Shown piece by piece: positions 27,241 through 40,680 of a stretch of 64,000 nt of DNA. Under the pieces are notes generated by a model. It saw nothing but the letters and a program-made list of their open reading frames with translations, was not told where the DNA came from and did not search any database. Position 1 is the stretch's first letter. Every line of letters starts with the position of its first letter. Source of the DNA: Octopus sinensis (lineage: Eukaryota); the NCBI RefSeq assembly GCF_006345805.1, contig NW_021832139.1:1-64000 (forward strand). The letters are read 5' to 3'. Made by a program: the position numbers and the translations under genes.

Positions 27241-28139
27241 TAGATTTATAATCACAAGGGTGAATTTCGAGACGACTCTGTCTCGGCTCAGGGAATGGTT
27301 TTCTTTATGATTTCAGTTCCCAACATGAACTCCATTGAATTCAAGGAGGTTTGACGTCTACAGTTAGCGATTACATTGATGCATCGTCGTCATCTCGAGA
27401 TAATGGGGCTCTGAACTGGCGGGTGTTAGCTGGGCTGATTGTTGAAATGTTTCCCTTCATATGTAACGGAGTGTGTTAATGATGTAGATGTCGATGTTGA
27501 TTTACCCCCGTTTAATCCAAACAGAGCAGACTTTTGGTGGAAAAGGGTTTCATTCATAACATCACTGTCTTGGCTCAGGCTGTTCACGCACTAATGATTT
27601 CGTGGTCCAAAGTTTTCTCCCGTTTTGTAAGAGGATAGGGTGTGATTTGAGAGATATTTTGGTTACTATATCTAGCTCATATCCGATTACTATATTCGAA
27701 TAACCTGTTTCTTTTCATTTTGTTAAGCCACGTGAGTATAATTTAAAGTTTCGGATATTATCTCTAGCAGGTCCAGAAACCGGATAAAGGAGACCTTAAC
27801 GATTCGTATTGTTTTCTGATGTAATGACAATAAAAAACCACAGTGGCAACAATGAAGACGATGGCACAAGCTCCCTTACATCCTAGCCTTAGAAGTGCAT
27901 CATTTTGTATGTTTACAAAAATAGAGAAAAAAAAAACAAAAAAAACGAGGTCTCGTCTTATTGACTCAATCAGATAATTTAAAATCTCTTTGAAGAAAAC
28001 TAAACTCGACGCTGAAAGACAATTAACGATTTATCAGTTATATTCTTTCTTCCTCATTAGGTGTGATTTATATTTCGAAATTTCGAGATTAATGTGATCA
28101 CGCCCGATCTCAAATCTAATTATCGAAGAATATTTAGAA

Positions 28140-28330
28140 GAAAATTCTTTTCAAATTTTGGTACAAGGCCAGCAATTTCGGGGCACGGGGCTATTTCATT
28201 CGAGAAGATCGGTGCCAGAGCGCAATTGGGATTTATTTCATCAACACCAAAAATAAACAATCACAACGTTGACAGAGTTGGAACTCAGAACGCAAACACA
28301 AACGAAATGGTGCTTAGCATTTTAATATAT
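28140..28330 (-). mobile_element. SINE family B, diverged
   Basis: Reverse complement of the B core and tail (tttcaaattttggtacaaggcc...gaactcagaacg). Confidence 0.65.
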
Positions 28331-28589
28331 ATTTAAATCTCACGGTGAGCACAAGAAACTTCGTTTTTTGTTGGGGCGGGGGTAGATTTAAGTCGGTCGT
28401 TAGGTGCCTATATCTCGTTAGCAAACATTGCTCTTTTGACTGTCCTACCCACAACCAACCAAAGAAAAAATCGTTTTAAATTTTGTGAGTCAATGCAGAA
28501 AGCAATTGTCGACAGGGTGGGCCCCAAGTATCCAGTGTTCAAAAGGTTGCATTTGCTTATGACCCTGCATTCATAATCAAATATCTATT

Positions 28590-28970
28590 TATTTATTGCT
28601 CATTGGGGGCTAAACAGAGAGGCGACAAACAAAGACCCCATTGCGTAACTGGTACTTATTTAATCGACCCAGAAAGGATGAAAGGCAAAGTCGATCTCGG
28701 CAGAATTTGAACTCAGAACGTAACAGCAGACGAAATACCTATTTATTTACTGCCCACAAGGGGCTACACACAGAAGGGACAAACAAGGACAGACAAACGG
28801 ATTAAGTCGATTATATCGACCCCAGTGAGTAAATGTTACTTATTTAATCGACTCCGAAAGGATAAAAGGCAAAGTCGACCTCGGTGGAATTTGAACTCAG
28901 AACGTAGTGGTAGACGAAATACCGGAAAGCATTTCGCCTGGCGTGCTAAGGTTTCTGCCAGCTCGCCGCC
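28590..28970 (-). mobile_element. SINE family B, dimeric (head-core-linker-core-linker)
   Basis: Minus strand ggcggcgagctggcagaa head followed by two core copies separated by the tccgtttgtctgtccttgtttgtccc linker. Confidence 0.85.
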
Positions 28971-29779
28971 CTTTCATGGTCAAATATCACGTATTATTCT
29001 GCAGTGTGAATGAATGTTGCACTCAGTGCTGATGCACTGCACCAAGGGTACATTTTGTTCAGAATCCTTGCTGTGGCTGACTTTCTTTGTTGATAACTAT
29101 TTCCTGCGACGATTGGTTCCAATCCTATGTGTCTCTGAGTCACTCTAGGGAATCCTGCAGGGAATTAGCGTAGTGAAGTACACGCCCAGTAGAGCAAGGA
29201 GAATAATAATCGGTGGCAAGTTGGTGGACGGTGAATCTTCCGCAGTTCGGCTATAATTTTTCGCAGAGGAATACGTTTTTATACAACTCTGTTTGTTAAA
29301 ATGACGATACGATTTGCTGCAAGCAGCCTACTATCTATGGTTGCAAATCCTCAAGTTACATGTATTTTCAGAATATATTGTTAGTCGGGAAGTGGAATTC
29401 GCTGGGTTTAAATAGTTTCATTACTTTGGTAGATTCACTACTTCGCATTCAACATTAAAATTCACACACTCGCACTTGCATACACGCACATATAACACAT
29501 ATACATACCTACATATCTGTACACATGCATACCTGCATACGCACACATATAATTCTGGGTATAGGCGTAACGTTTTGAAGGATAACTCAATATATATGAT
29601 GTGTAAGAATTTTTATTGAAGAAATTAAAGGAAAATTCCACGCAACGATTGACTAGATTCCTCCGTCCGGAATCCTCCGAACACATACACACACAAACAG
29701 AGACATGCAAGGTCTCACACATATACATTCACAAACACACAAGCACGCATGCAGACCTACGTACGATTATATACATTTT

Positions 29780-29810
<31 letters not shown>

Positions 29811-30309
29811 ATACACACAGACACACACACACATACACACACACACACATATATATACATGTATATGTGTATGTAAGCAACCATGGATGTATATATGTAT
29901 GCGCACATATATGTGTGTGTGTGTGTGTGCGTGTGTGTGTGTGCATATGCAGGCAGGCACAGGTACACATATGCACTCATACGTAAGTATACATACATGC
30001 ATGCATATAAACACATGCATAAGCATACCTATACATGCATATACATACCTACACATACATGCATACATAGATACATCCACGCGTAAGCTTTCCAACCATA
30101 AATTTGTGAAATTTCTACAGATATCCAAGTAGCTTCCATTTCTAAACTCATCGTTTCATTTATTGCCTTTCTGGCTGCTTGTTTAGTCAATAACCTCTTT
30201 TACTCTGCTATATCTTCATTTTCCTTCTCTTTTATATATTTAGTTTATTATATATAGACTTCTTCTTTATTTATTCATACGGATTTTTCTTTTATTCCTT
30301 AGATTCTTT

Positions 30310-30407
30310 CAATTATTATTATTATTATTATTATTATTATAATCACTATTATTATTATTATTATTTATTATTATTATTATTATATTATTATTATTATATT
30401 ATTATTA

Positions 30408-30450
<43 letters not shown>

Positions 30451-30476
30451 CATCATTATTATTATTATTATCATCA

Positions 30477-30507
<31 letters not shown>

Positions 30508-30835
30508 CATTATTATTATTAATATTATTATTATTATTATTATTAATATTATTATTATCAATATTATTATTGTTGTTGTTGTTACTATCATCCTCATCAT
30601 CATCTTCATCGGCGTCGCTGACATCATCATTATCATCGTCGCCATCGTCGTCGTCGTCGTCGTCGTGGTCGTCATCATCATCTTCATCATCATTATGGTC
30701 ATTGTTATTATTATTATAAGTAATATTTTTGTTGTAGATGTTGCTTCTGGTATTGTTGTTGTTGTTATTGTTATTATTATTATTATTTTCGTTATCATTG
30801 TAATCATCATCATCATCATTATTATGTTGCTGACA
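30310..30835 (+). repeat. Compound (ATT)n/(CAT)n/(CGT)n/(GTT)n tract
   Basis: Direct reading. Confidence 0.9.
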
Positions 30836-31389
30836 GATTTTTCTCCATATATCTCCTTCAATATTTTCCCCTTATTTCTATTTCTGAAATAATTTCTTTT
30901 GTTGTTTGTGAATTATTGCGTTTCCGGGATGAAAAAAAAATAACAAGAATAAAGAAACCCCCAAAAATATACATATAGTTTTACTCTCTATGTTGTTATA
31001 CTACACATTTTTTTTTCTATATTCTCTTTTACATCTTCTTGTTCTTCTACAGATTTCTTTCAAATATTTCGTTATGCTTGAAGTGCACAAAAAAACATAC
31101 TTTATTTGAGTTTCCTTTTTTCTTTCTCACTCTGTCTCTCCTTCTCACTTTCTTTCCCTCTTTCTCTCTGAATTTTTTTTTTACGAACCATGTAATGTTG
31201 CCTGGGTATAATATCTTGTATATTCTGTATTTCATAGATATGATATCGTGTATTGTGTATTTTAGAGATATCATTTTCTTTCCTTATTGTCATATTATCT
31301 TTGTTTGTTTGTTTGTTTTACTCCACCTTATATTATTCTTCTGCAAAAAAATATTTTTACATTCTTCCTATTATAATGTCCACAGAGAT

Positions 31390-32230
31390 TTATTTCTAGA
31401 TTTCAACTATTATGACTGACGCTGCTAATCGAGCTGATAGTCTGTCTGACTAACGGCACAAACGGCTGTAAGGTCAAAGGCTCCCCAAACTTATTTTTGC
31501 GCATCTTCTTTACTGATTTATGTGTTAGACATCTATCAAATGCATGAAGTCCAGCACCTCTACATTTGAAATCGCCTAATCTATCATTTTGTCTTTTCGC
31601 ATAAAATTTCAATAAAGTTTTCCGAAGACATTAAATTCCATTGGCTGTGAGTCTGAATCCCTATAAAAAGACCTGGACCAACTGGTGCAGTTGCGGACTT
31701 ATTAGACAAAGGTTTTCGCACTACCAATATATGTACAGGAAGACAAAGTTTCGGTTCTTTAGTTCGTTGATCCTTCCTATCCTGCTCTATAGTTGTGAGT
31801 CATGAACATTGTCTGAGGCCTTTATTAATAGGGGTCTTTATAAGATTTCGGGTTACTATTTGTCGGATTTCGTATGCAACCGACGACTTTACTCAGAAAC
31901 TGGGAAGCGTCCCGTTACTGTTATGATTCAGGGGCAACAGCACAGACTGTTTGACCATGTTTACTCGATTTTCCGGGTTAGATTCTGCTTACCGTGTTCT
32001 CTTCATTGAGGATCCGGCTGAGTTGATGGCTCGTGGTAGTTGACCATATGCCACATTGTTAGGCAGATGAGGAGATACCTCGCAGAGACGTCAACTGACT
32101 GGAAATTATTGCCACAAGTCTTTAGAGTGGACCCGGGAATATACCGAGAATTGATGAATACAACAATGCGCTGTAACGGCGCATACCTCCATCCGTGACC
32201 TTTCGCGATAAAATTGTTCATGTGCCATCT
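31390..32230 (+). mobile_element. RTE-clade LINE remnant (degenerate RT C-terminal region)
   Basis: ...RKTKFRFFSSLILPILLYSCES*TLSEA... matches the RTE RT C-terminal motif; many stops and frameshifts. Confidence 0.7.
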
Positions 32231-33583
32231 ACAATAACCGGAATACTCTGAATGTGTTATAATGAGGTGAAGTCTACTGTGGATTTGGGATGCTTTGACC
32301 TATTACACCGAATGCTATAGAGTCCAAGCAATCAAAATTTCTTTGTGGGCATCCATGGCATTGATTAATTTCCAACACGTCCAACACATGGGCTGCGTCC
32401 AATACGTTCTAATGCGTCCATTAAAATGGCGCGTTACATCATACGACTTTTTATACAAACTTTCAACAAACTTTTAATGTTGAGGTAAAATTCTATCACT
32501 ACCAACCTCAAATAACTTGCCATATCCTTAAAGACTCACACTGAGACTAAGTCGACCACGGATTTTGAGACGCTGTAATAATCTCTCACAAAATATCCTT
32601 CCGAAATAATCCGCTTGTTATTTCACCTTCCCGTGGTTTATCGAAATATGAATGAAAGTATGGTGGATCGCTTACATGCATTTATTGCCTTACTACCAGG
32701 GATGTAATTGGAAAAATATCTAGGTACCTAGCTTTAACGGACTTAACAAAACATTGCACACATATATGGCTGTGAATGTCTAAATAGACAAGTGTTCTAG
32801 CTTAATCACAGAACGCGGATTTATTTTTACCCACCTGCCTTATTTGATATGAAATTTGCTTAAAGCAGTTAAACCGGCCATATCCAACTCAAATATTCTA
32901 CCTGATTTATGTCAGAAGTGGTTAGTTCTGGCCTCTCACAGCTACCTTGCAATGTCATTCTAAAAAAGACGCAACTATATCATTGAAATTTCCAAGCTTC
33001 AAAATAATGCATAATTATTTCAAAACTGTATTAATAAATAATATTACATTTCAAAGAATACACTTAATAGTAAAGGGTTAAGAGACATGTGATTTTAATG
33101 ATTGTATTTGCTTTGCAAATTACCTGTATTTCATCATAGATTCCACATACTGACCAACAGATAATGACTTAGAAATTCTAAATATGCTATTTTCCACAAT
33201 AAAATCTTCCAACTAGAATGACAATGACTCGGTAACAAAGATGCACTATACTCCATTGGCCTCTTTATTTGATCAGTTACAGCGGAATTAGCTCCGTTAT
33301 TCTAAATCGTAATACTCATATTATTGCCTACTAACATTTGTAAGTAGGTGTGTGTAAACAACGACCTCTATCGATGTTTATGGAAATGTTAGAGGTATTA
33401 TTATTCAGCAGAATAGTAGAGTTGGGTCTCATTCAAAAAATCTAGTTCATGAAGACTTATCCTGCAATGCTGTACAGTTAAATAATGCGGTATTTACTCA
33501 ACAGCAGCGAATTTAGCGAGAAAACCCATCAATAACTACAACTATGAGTTACATCATACGAAATACGATATCATATATATATA

Positions 33584-33643
<60 letters not shown>

Positions 33644-33759
33644 ATACATCAATGGTGATATATTTAGATAGGGGCATCAAACTACATATGCAAAACCACA
33701 CACATACAAAACACAAATATACACACACACTTTCACACACGTACATACATATGATATAT

Positions 33760-33808
<49 letters not shown>

Positions 33809-33819
33809 GTATATGTATA

Positions 33820-34178
33820 TGAATTCTTCTTTGTATCAGTCATTAGTCGAACAAATCGACTCTAGGACTTATTTTATGCAAGCTTAGTATTTATTGTATC
33901 AGTCTCTTTTGCCGAACCGCTATGTTGCAGGGACAAAAAACACCAACGTTGGTTGGCAAGTGTTGGTCAGAGTACAAACACAAACGCGCGCACACACACA
34001 CATACACACACATACACACACATATATGACGGGCGTCTTTCAGTTTGTCTACCAAATCCACTCACAAGGCGTTCCACGGCACGAGGCTATAGTAGAAGAC
34101 ACCGAAATTGCCAGGAAATGTGATTGAACCGTGTGTTTGGCAAGCAACGTATTTACCACTCAGCTACTCCTGTCTGCG

Positions 34179-34180
<2 letters not shown>
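33820..34180 (-). mobile_element. SINE family A, diverged
   Basis: gtcattagtcgaacaaatcgac...cagtttgtctaccaaatccactcacaagg... Confidence 0.75.
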
Positions 34181-34226
<46 letters not shown>

Positions 34227-34912
34227 TAAACACTCGCATAAACATCAGCGCACTTAACAATATATTTAGACATATTTATATGCATCTAAATGCAAGTATC
34301 TGTATATATATATATATATATTATATATATATATATATATAAATATATTGTTAAGTGCGCTGATATATATATATATATATTAAATTTTATTTGTTAGGGA
34401 ATAAATATTCCTGCATAACAGAGGTTCAAATTATTCTCAATGAAGAAATATATCTTAATATATATATACATACATATATATATATAAATATATATATTTA
34501 TATATGTTTGAGTCTTTTGGTGTATGTGTGTATGTGTGTGTGTGTGTGTGTGTCTCCATATGGTCTCATGTATACAAACGCATGTAGATTTGCTGTATTT
34601 AGTTGTGAGCAAACGCCACCTGCGCGGTACTTCGCTTGTGATAAGTAATTAAACCTTGGTACCGCGATATCAACATGACCAGAGGCATGTTTTTCACAGA
34701 AAGAAAGCCTGGACTTCCTGTGAATTGCGAGCGAAATCTTGCAATACTTCTGGATATAACAAGTCGATCTTAAAATGATTATACTCCGTTCCCTGTGTTG
34801 ACTAACATAATGCATGTTACATTACACATTGCGCATACACGTACCGTTATATATGTATGTATGTATGCATATATATGTCCGTGTGCGTGCATATGTATAC
34901 ATCTCTCTCTCC

Positions 34913-34945
<33 letters not shown>

Positions 34946-35055
34946 ACATACCAGTGTGCGTGTGTCTGTATATACATGAATCTATGTATGTATATGTATG
35001 TATGTATATATATCTGTACATACATACACACACATATATATATATATGTATATGT

Positions 35056-35092
<37 letters not shown>

Positions 35093-35917
35093 GACTTGTA
35101 TATATATGTGCGCGCACGTGTGTTTATGTCTGTATGTATATGTAGGTGCGCATGTGTGTGTGTGGAATTTGCATGTGTATATATCCATTCAGAAACACAA
35201 ACACGCATACATCTATCTATACACATATATATATATATTTATATGTGTGTGTGTGTGTGCATACATGTATATACATGCATACATACATACATACATGCAT
35301 ACATACATACATACATGCATACTTGCATACATACATACATACATACATACATACATACATACATACATACATACATACATACATACACAGAACTCCTGTA
35401 TATTATTAGAAACGGGTGTGTCAGTTCGTTGTGCTTAATATCAAAACCCAAATGCATGTGTATTGCAAGTGTTATAAGTAAAAATAACAACGATGGTAAA
35501 TCCATGAACGTATGTGTAGTGAGAACGTATGCGATATTTATTGGTGACTAATATTGCTTATGTCATTAGCAACGATGGGAGATAACTAAGAAACTTTTCA
35601 CACTTATTTAACTTCTTCAACACAGGTAAGAATCGAAGGACGTAGAATAGAATTCCTAAGATATTGCAAAGACGCCTGGTTATTTGCTGGCAATGAAGAA
35701 AAGAGTTAAGAGTTGATAACTGATAATTGTGTCAGGCGGCGTATTTTCATTTACCAATCGCGAGCCTGAAGATAAAGGGTTGCTGAGCCAGTAAATATTT
35801 GATAATTAAGATATAGGATACACGCGCGGCGCGCACACACACAAACACGTGCACACACATACACTCACGCACACAAACAAGCACACACGGAAACACTCGA
35901 CCACACATATATTAATG

Positions 35918-35963
<46 letters not shown>

Positions 35964-36016
35964 CTATATATATATATATAAACGAATACATACAGTTATG
36001 AGGGAGTACGTACAAG

Positions 36017-36069
<53 letters not shown>

Positions 36070-36070
36070 C

Positions 36071-36104
<34 letters not shown>

Positions 36105-36568
36105 ATATGTTATATATATATGCATATATATATATATATAAATATATATATCTCTATATATAAAACTGAATTGCGTTTTTACCGCTTGGTTCGCTTTCAA
36201 TGCCACTACATCCCGTCCGATTCGCTCCAAAATTTACAGGACATGTAGAATGAGGTGACGATGCGCGTGGGCTACGTTAGAAATCCCTATCTTAAAAGGT
36301 GTGGTTGCTAGGGGCCATCTTCCTACCTCACCCTATTTCCTCCAGTACTCTGTCACTCCTCTTCATTTGACAATGCAACTACCGTTATTTAATGTAAAGT
36401 CTTCCTCAAATCACTCTGTCGCTATTTACTCTCTTCCAAGAACATTTTCACTCACTCTTATCGCTTACCTTCCTATACATTTTACTCATGTATCTATCAG
36501 CGTTCATGGACAGTAACAAATATTACATAGCCATCCCCATCGCCATCGCATTCTATTGTCTACCTGTC

Positions 36569-36612
<44 letters not shown>

Positions 36613-36995
36613 CATATATCTAATATTATATTTCTATTTTTATGTTTTTGTTTTTGGTTTTTTACTGTTTCATTTCCCTATTAGTGGTTTTATCTCCTAT
36701 TTAATTTCTACAGCGTGCGCACACACACACACACACACACACACACCTATATGTGGCCCCAGTACACCAGAATGAAATCGGGTTCTCTTCATCAAAATGT
36801 GAAAAGGGGTCTACAATTATCATCGCCACAACTTATGTATGTCTTCCTCACTCACTCACTCTTTTTCCTAATGATAATTATCATCGCCACCACCAACACC
36901 ACCAACACACAATCTGGACAATCTTTCTCTTATAACAAATCATGTTTACATTGCAACGACGTCTGCCACCTCCGCCGTCTCTATTTATTCTGCAA

Positions 36996-37193
36996 ATGAC
37001 CAGAACTCGGGAAACTTGGTTTAGTGTTCTATGGTCTATGACCAGAACTCGGGAAAATTGGTTGAGTGTTCTATGGTCTATGACCAGAACTCGGGAAACT
37101 TGCTTGACTGTTCTATGGTCTATGACCAGAAATCGGGAAACTTGGTTGAGTGTTCTATGGTCTATTACCAGAACTTGGGAAACTTGGTTGAGT
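36996..37193 (+). repeat. 42-bp minisatellite, ~4.7 copies (atgaccagaactcgggaaacttggttgagtgttctatggtct)
   Basis: Direct reading; explains the MTRTRETWLSVLWS repeat ORF. Confidence 0.92.
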
Positions 37194-37879
37194 CCTCATC
37201 TTATAAAATGTGGCCCCAGTAGACCCAAATGAAATCGGGTTATATTAACCAAAAGGTGATAAGGGGTATAAATGGGGCTGGAAGGGGATTAAAATTTAAA
37301 GGAGCGGGTGTTTAGCAATTCTCTGTTACATCAAGCTAAAAAATTTGCGCCAGCCTTTGAATCGTCAATGTGTTGCCGTCCATGATGAAGAAGTTTTGAA
37401 TGCTTGCCATCGTGAGTCTACTGTCGTGAGAAAGAATCAAGTCAAAACTTGGTTTTTAGGGATTTTCTTTTACATCAAGTTCAAAATTTTACGCCAGCCG
37501 TTGAACTGTCAATACGTTGCTGTCCGTCGTTAAGAAATGCCAGCCATGGTGACTCTACTATCCTCAAATTCTATCCCTTCAAACTTTGGTTTCCAATATT
37601 TTATTATTTTTATTCAGCTCGCAAGTTCGTCTGTCCCTTTTAAATGTTAGTATTTTGCTGTCTGTCTTGAAGCAGACCTTTCCTTTGTAACTGCCTGATA
37701 TTTATGATTGATCTTTCAAAATATTTTATTTCTCAACTTACTCAAGATCTTTTGTTGTTTATAAATGGGTGAGAGATACATAAAGATAGAGAGTAAGAGA
37801 AAGCGAGGGAGAGTCCGAGAGAAAGGAAGAGTAAGAGAGTGGGAAAGTGAGAGAGACAGGAGAAAGAAACAAAGAGGGA

Positions 37880-38215
37880 GAATCATCATCATCATCATCA
37901 TCGTTTACCGTCCGTTTTCCGTGCTAGCACGGGTTGGACAGTTTGACAGGGGTCTGGGAAGCCAGGAGTCTGCACCAGGCTCCAGTCTGATCTGGCAGTG
38001 TTTCGACAGGTGGATGCCCTTCCTAACGCCAACCACTCTGTGAGCGTAGTGGGTGCTTTTTGTGCCGCCTGCACTGGTGCCAGGGCGGCTGGCAGCGGCC
38101 ACGATCGGTTGGTGCTTTTTACGTGCCACCAGCACAGAAGCCAGTCAAGGCGGCGCTGCAATCCGCCACGTTCGGATGGTGCTTTTTACGTGCTGAAAGG
38201 AAGCAACAGAAAGTA
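37880..38215 (-). mobile_element. SINE/LINE-tail element ending in (TGA)n
   Basis: Contains ggatgcccttcctaacgccaacc and ggtgcttttacgtgccacc motifs typical of non-LTR 3' tails; (CAT)n tail on the plus strand. Confidence 0.55.
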
Positions 38216-38439
38216 ACAACCACACTCTTACCCGCGCGTAGAGCGGGTCACCTTCAGCTAGTATATATATATATATATATATAGTACAGATAACGGGTGA
38301 AATATAATTCATTTAATAAAATCAACAAATTTCACCAAGTAGTTTTTCGGTGTGGAAAAGGACCATGTTCGGTAAAATTATATCTAATTATAACAATGAG
38401 GATCTTTGCAACAAGTTGCTAGACCATATATATATATGC

Positions 38440-38507
<68 letters not shown>

Positions 38508-38517
38508 TATATATATA

Positions 38518-38557
<40 letters not shown>

Positions 38558-38562
38558 GTATA

Positions 38563-38594
<32 letters not shown>

Positions 38595-38620
38595 TATATA
38601 TAATATATATATATATAAAA

Positions 38621-38691
<71 letters not shown>

Positions 38692-38699
38692 TATATATA

Positions 38700-38905
38700 T
38701 ATTACGGGGGTCGTCAGCGACGGTGGGGGAGCAGGCAGAGACACACAAGCACACACATCTCTTTATGCGATGAGCTTCTTCCAGTTTTCCGTCTAACAAA
38801 CCCACTCACAGGACTTTGTTCGGCCCGTGGCCATAGTAGGAGACACTTGCCCAAGGTGCCACGCAATGGGATTGAACCCGGAACCATGTGCTTTGTAAGC
38901 CACTC
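38700..38905 (-). mobile_element. SINE family A, 5' half
   Basis: Head through gaagaagctc followed by (TA)n. Confidence 0.75.
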
Positions 38906-39014
38906 TCGATTAGTGGTCATCTTAACCTCATGAAGGTGATGGTTTCATCCAAGTATATACTGGTTCAATACCTTATATTTTTGCTTCATTTTCTTTTTCT
39001 TGTATATCTACGTA

Positions 39015-39103
<89 letters not shown>

Positions 39104-39194
39104 CTGTGCATATATATGTGTGCGCGTGTGCCTGTGTGCGCGTGTGTATGTATATAAAACCCACGCATATATGTTTGTTTAGATATATACACAT

Positions 39195-39475
39195 ATAAGT
39201 GATTGCAGTTACCCTCCGAGGCACAAGTCCAGCCAACGTTATTTATTGAAGACCAGCAGTCTCCCATGCATACATGCCTCCCCTCTCCACGTCACCAGAG
39301 TTATCCAATGGAAAGGCAAAAGCCGATACAACTTGGCACCAGTGACGTCGCAACTCATTTCTACAGCTGAGTGAACTGGAACAACGTGAAGTAAAGTGTC
39401 TTGCTCAAGAACACAACACCCAGCGCTCAAAAGCACAACACGTAAGCGCGACGCTCTAACAATTGAGCCATGAGC
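39195..39475 (-). mobile_element. SINE family C
   Basis: Matches 3528-3833. Confidence 0.82.
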
Positions 39476-39541
39476 ATTCACACACTCACACACACACATA
39501 TATATACTAGCATATAAGTGACCAAAGTGTACGTACGCCGC

Positions 39542-39619
<78 letters not shown>

Positions 39620-39621
<2 letters not shown>

Positions 39622-40455
39622 CCAAATGGGACAAAAACGCAGAACATCCAGATAGACGACACAAAGAAAGCAAGGAAGGGTAATTCGGAGTTTTCTTTCC
39701 TCAGTCGATTTCCAGATTATCTTTGCAATATCGGTTAGTTATGTCCCATTATATACGTAAGTATATATTTATCTAAATCTTGGACGACACTATTCTGTCT
39801 GTCTATCAGCCCTTCCACGCTTATTCGTCCATTCCACTCTTCGTTCTTTCATTCCCCCTCTCCGTTCTTTCATTCCCCCTCTCTCACATTTCCCGCCTTC
39901 TCTTCTTGCTCACTTACCTTCCCTTTTTCACTTCACTGTGTCCCTGCCATTTTTCTAACCCCTCCTTAATTCTTCTGTCCCTCTGCCTCTACCTCTCTCT
40001 CTTCTTTCCACACGTGACAAGCTTATCTTTCTTTCTTTATTTGGCCGTCGTCCGTGCAACGTCTATATTCATCTCTGTGCCCGTGAAACATTTTATCCCT
40101 GCCGTAAGGCATTATTTCCACGGAACCAGCTTAATTTAATTCGTCCTTAGTCGAAAGACACCTGTTGCTATGTCCTGTTATTTGTATTTGTGTAACATTC
40201 TCTTTTTTTTTCCGTCCTTGTTTTCGTATACATTTGCTGCTTTCTTCCAAGGAATCTAATGGTCTTAGCTTAGTTTTTCCTTGGAGCAGGCGAGATTGGA
40301 GCAATCTCGAGTATAACCAGCGGAAATTGCAAAGATGATCTGGAACTCGATTGAGGAAAGAAAAGTCCGAATGTGTCGTTTATCTGGGTGTTTTGTAGTT
40401 CTTTTTATGTATCACCTAACTCTCTGGATGTTTAGCCTTCTTGTCCCATTTTGTA
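39620..40455. mobile_element. Element with ~130-bp inverted terminal arms flanked by (TA)n (PLE- or MITE-like)
   Basis: 39686-39745 is the reverse complement of ~40310-40370 (attcggagttttctttcctcagtcgatttccag / ctggaactcgattgaggaaagaaaagtccgaat); the outer arms also match. Confidence 0.6.
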
Positions 40456-40479
40456 TTTTAATATATACATACATACATG

Positions 40480-40555
<76 letters not shown>

Positions 40556-40571
40556 GTGTATATATGCATGC

Positions 40572-40604
<33 letters not shown>

Positions 40605-40645
40605 ATATATTATATATATATACATGTATACATGCATATATACAC

Positions 40646-40680
<35 letters not shown>

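Larger units (their letters stand above)
36151..38261 (+). mobile_element. Probable ~2.1-kb non-autonomous Helitron with internal tandem repeats
   Basis: 5' A|TCTCTATATATAAAACTG...ccgattcgctccaaaattt; 3' CCCGC-gcgtaga-GCGGG hairpin then CTAG|T at 38258-38262. Continuity between the two ends is inferred. Confidence 0.55.

Noticed and set aside
36942-37232. ORF with the 14-aa repeat MTRTRETWLSVLWS
   Set aside because: By-product of a 42-bp minisatellite; no splice sites or homology.
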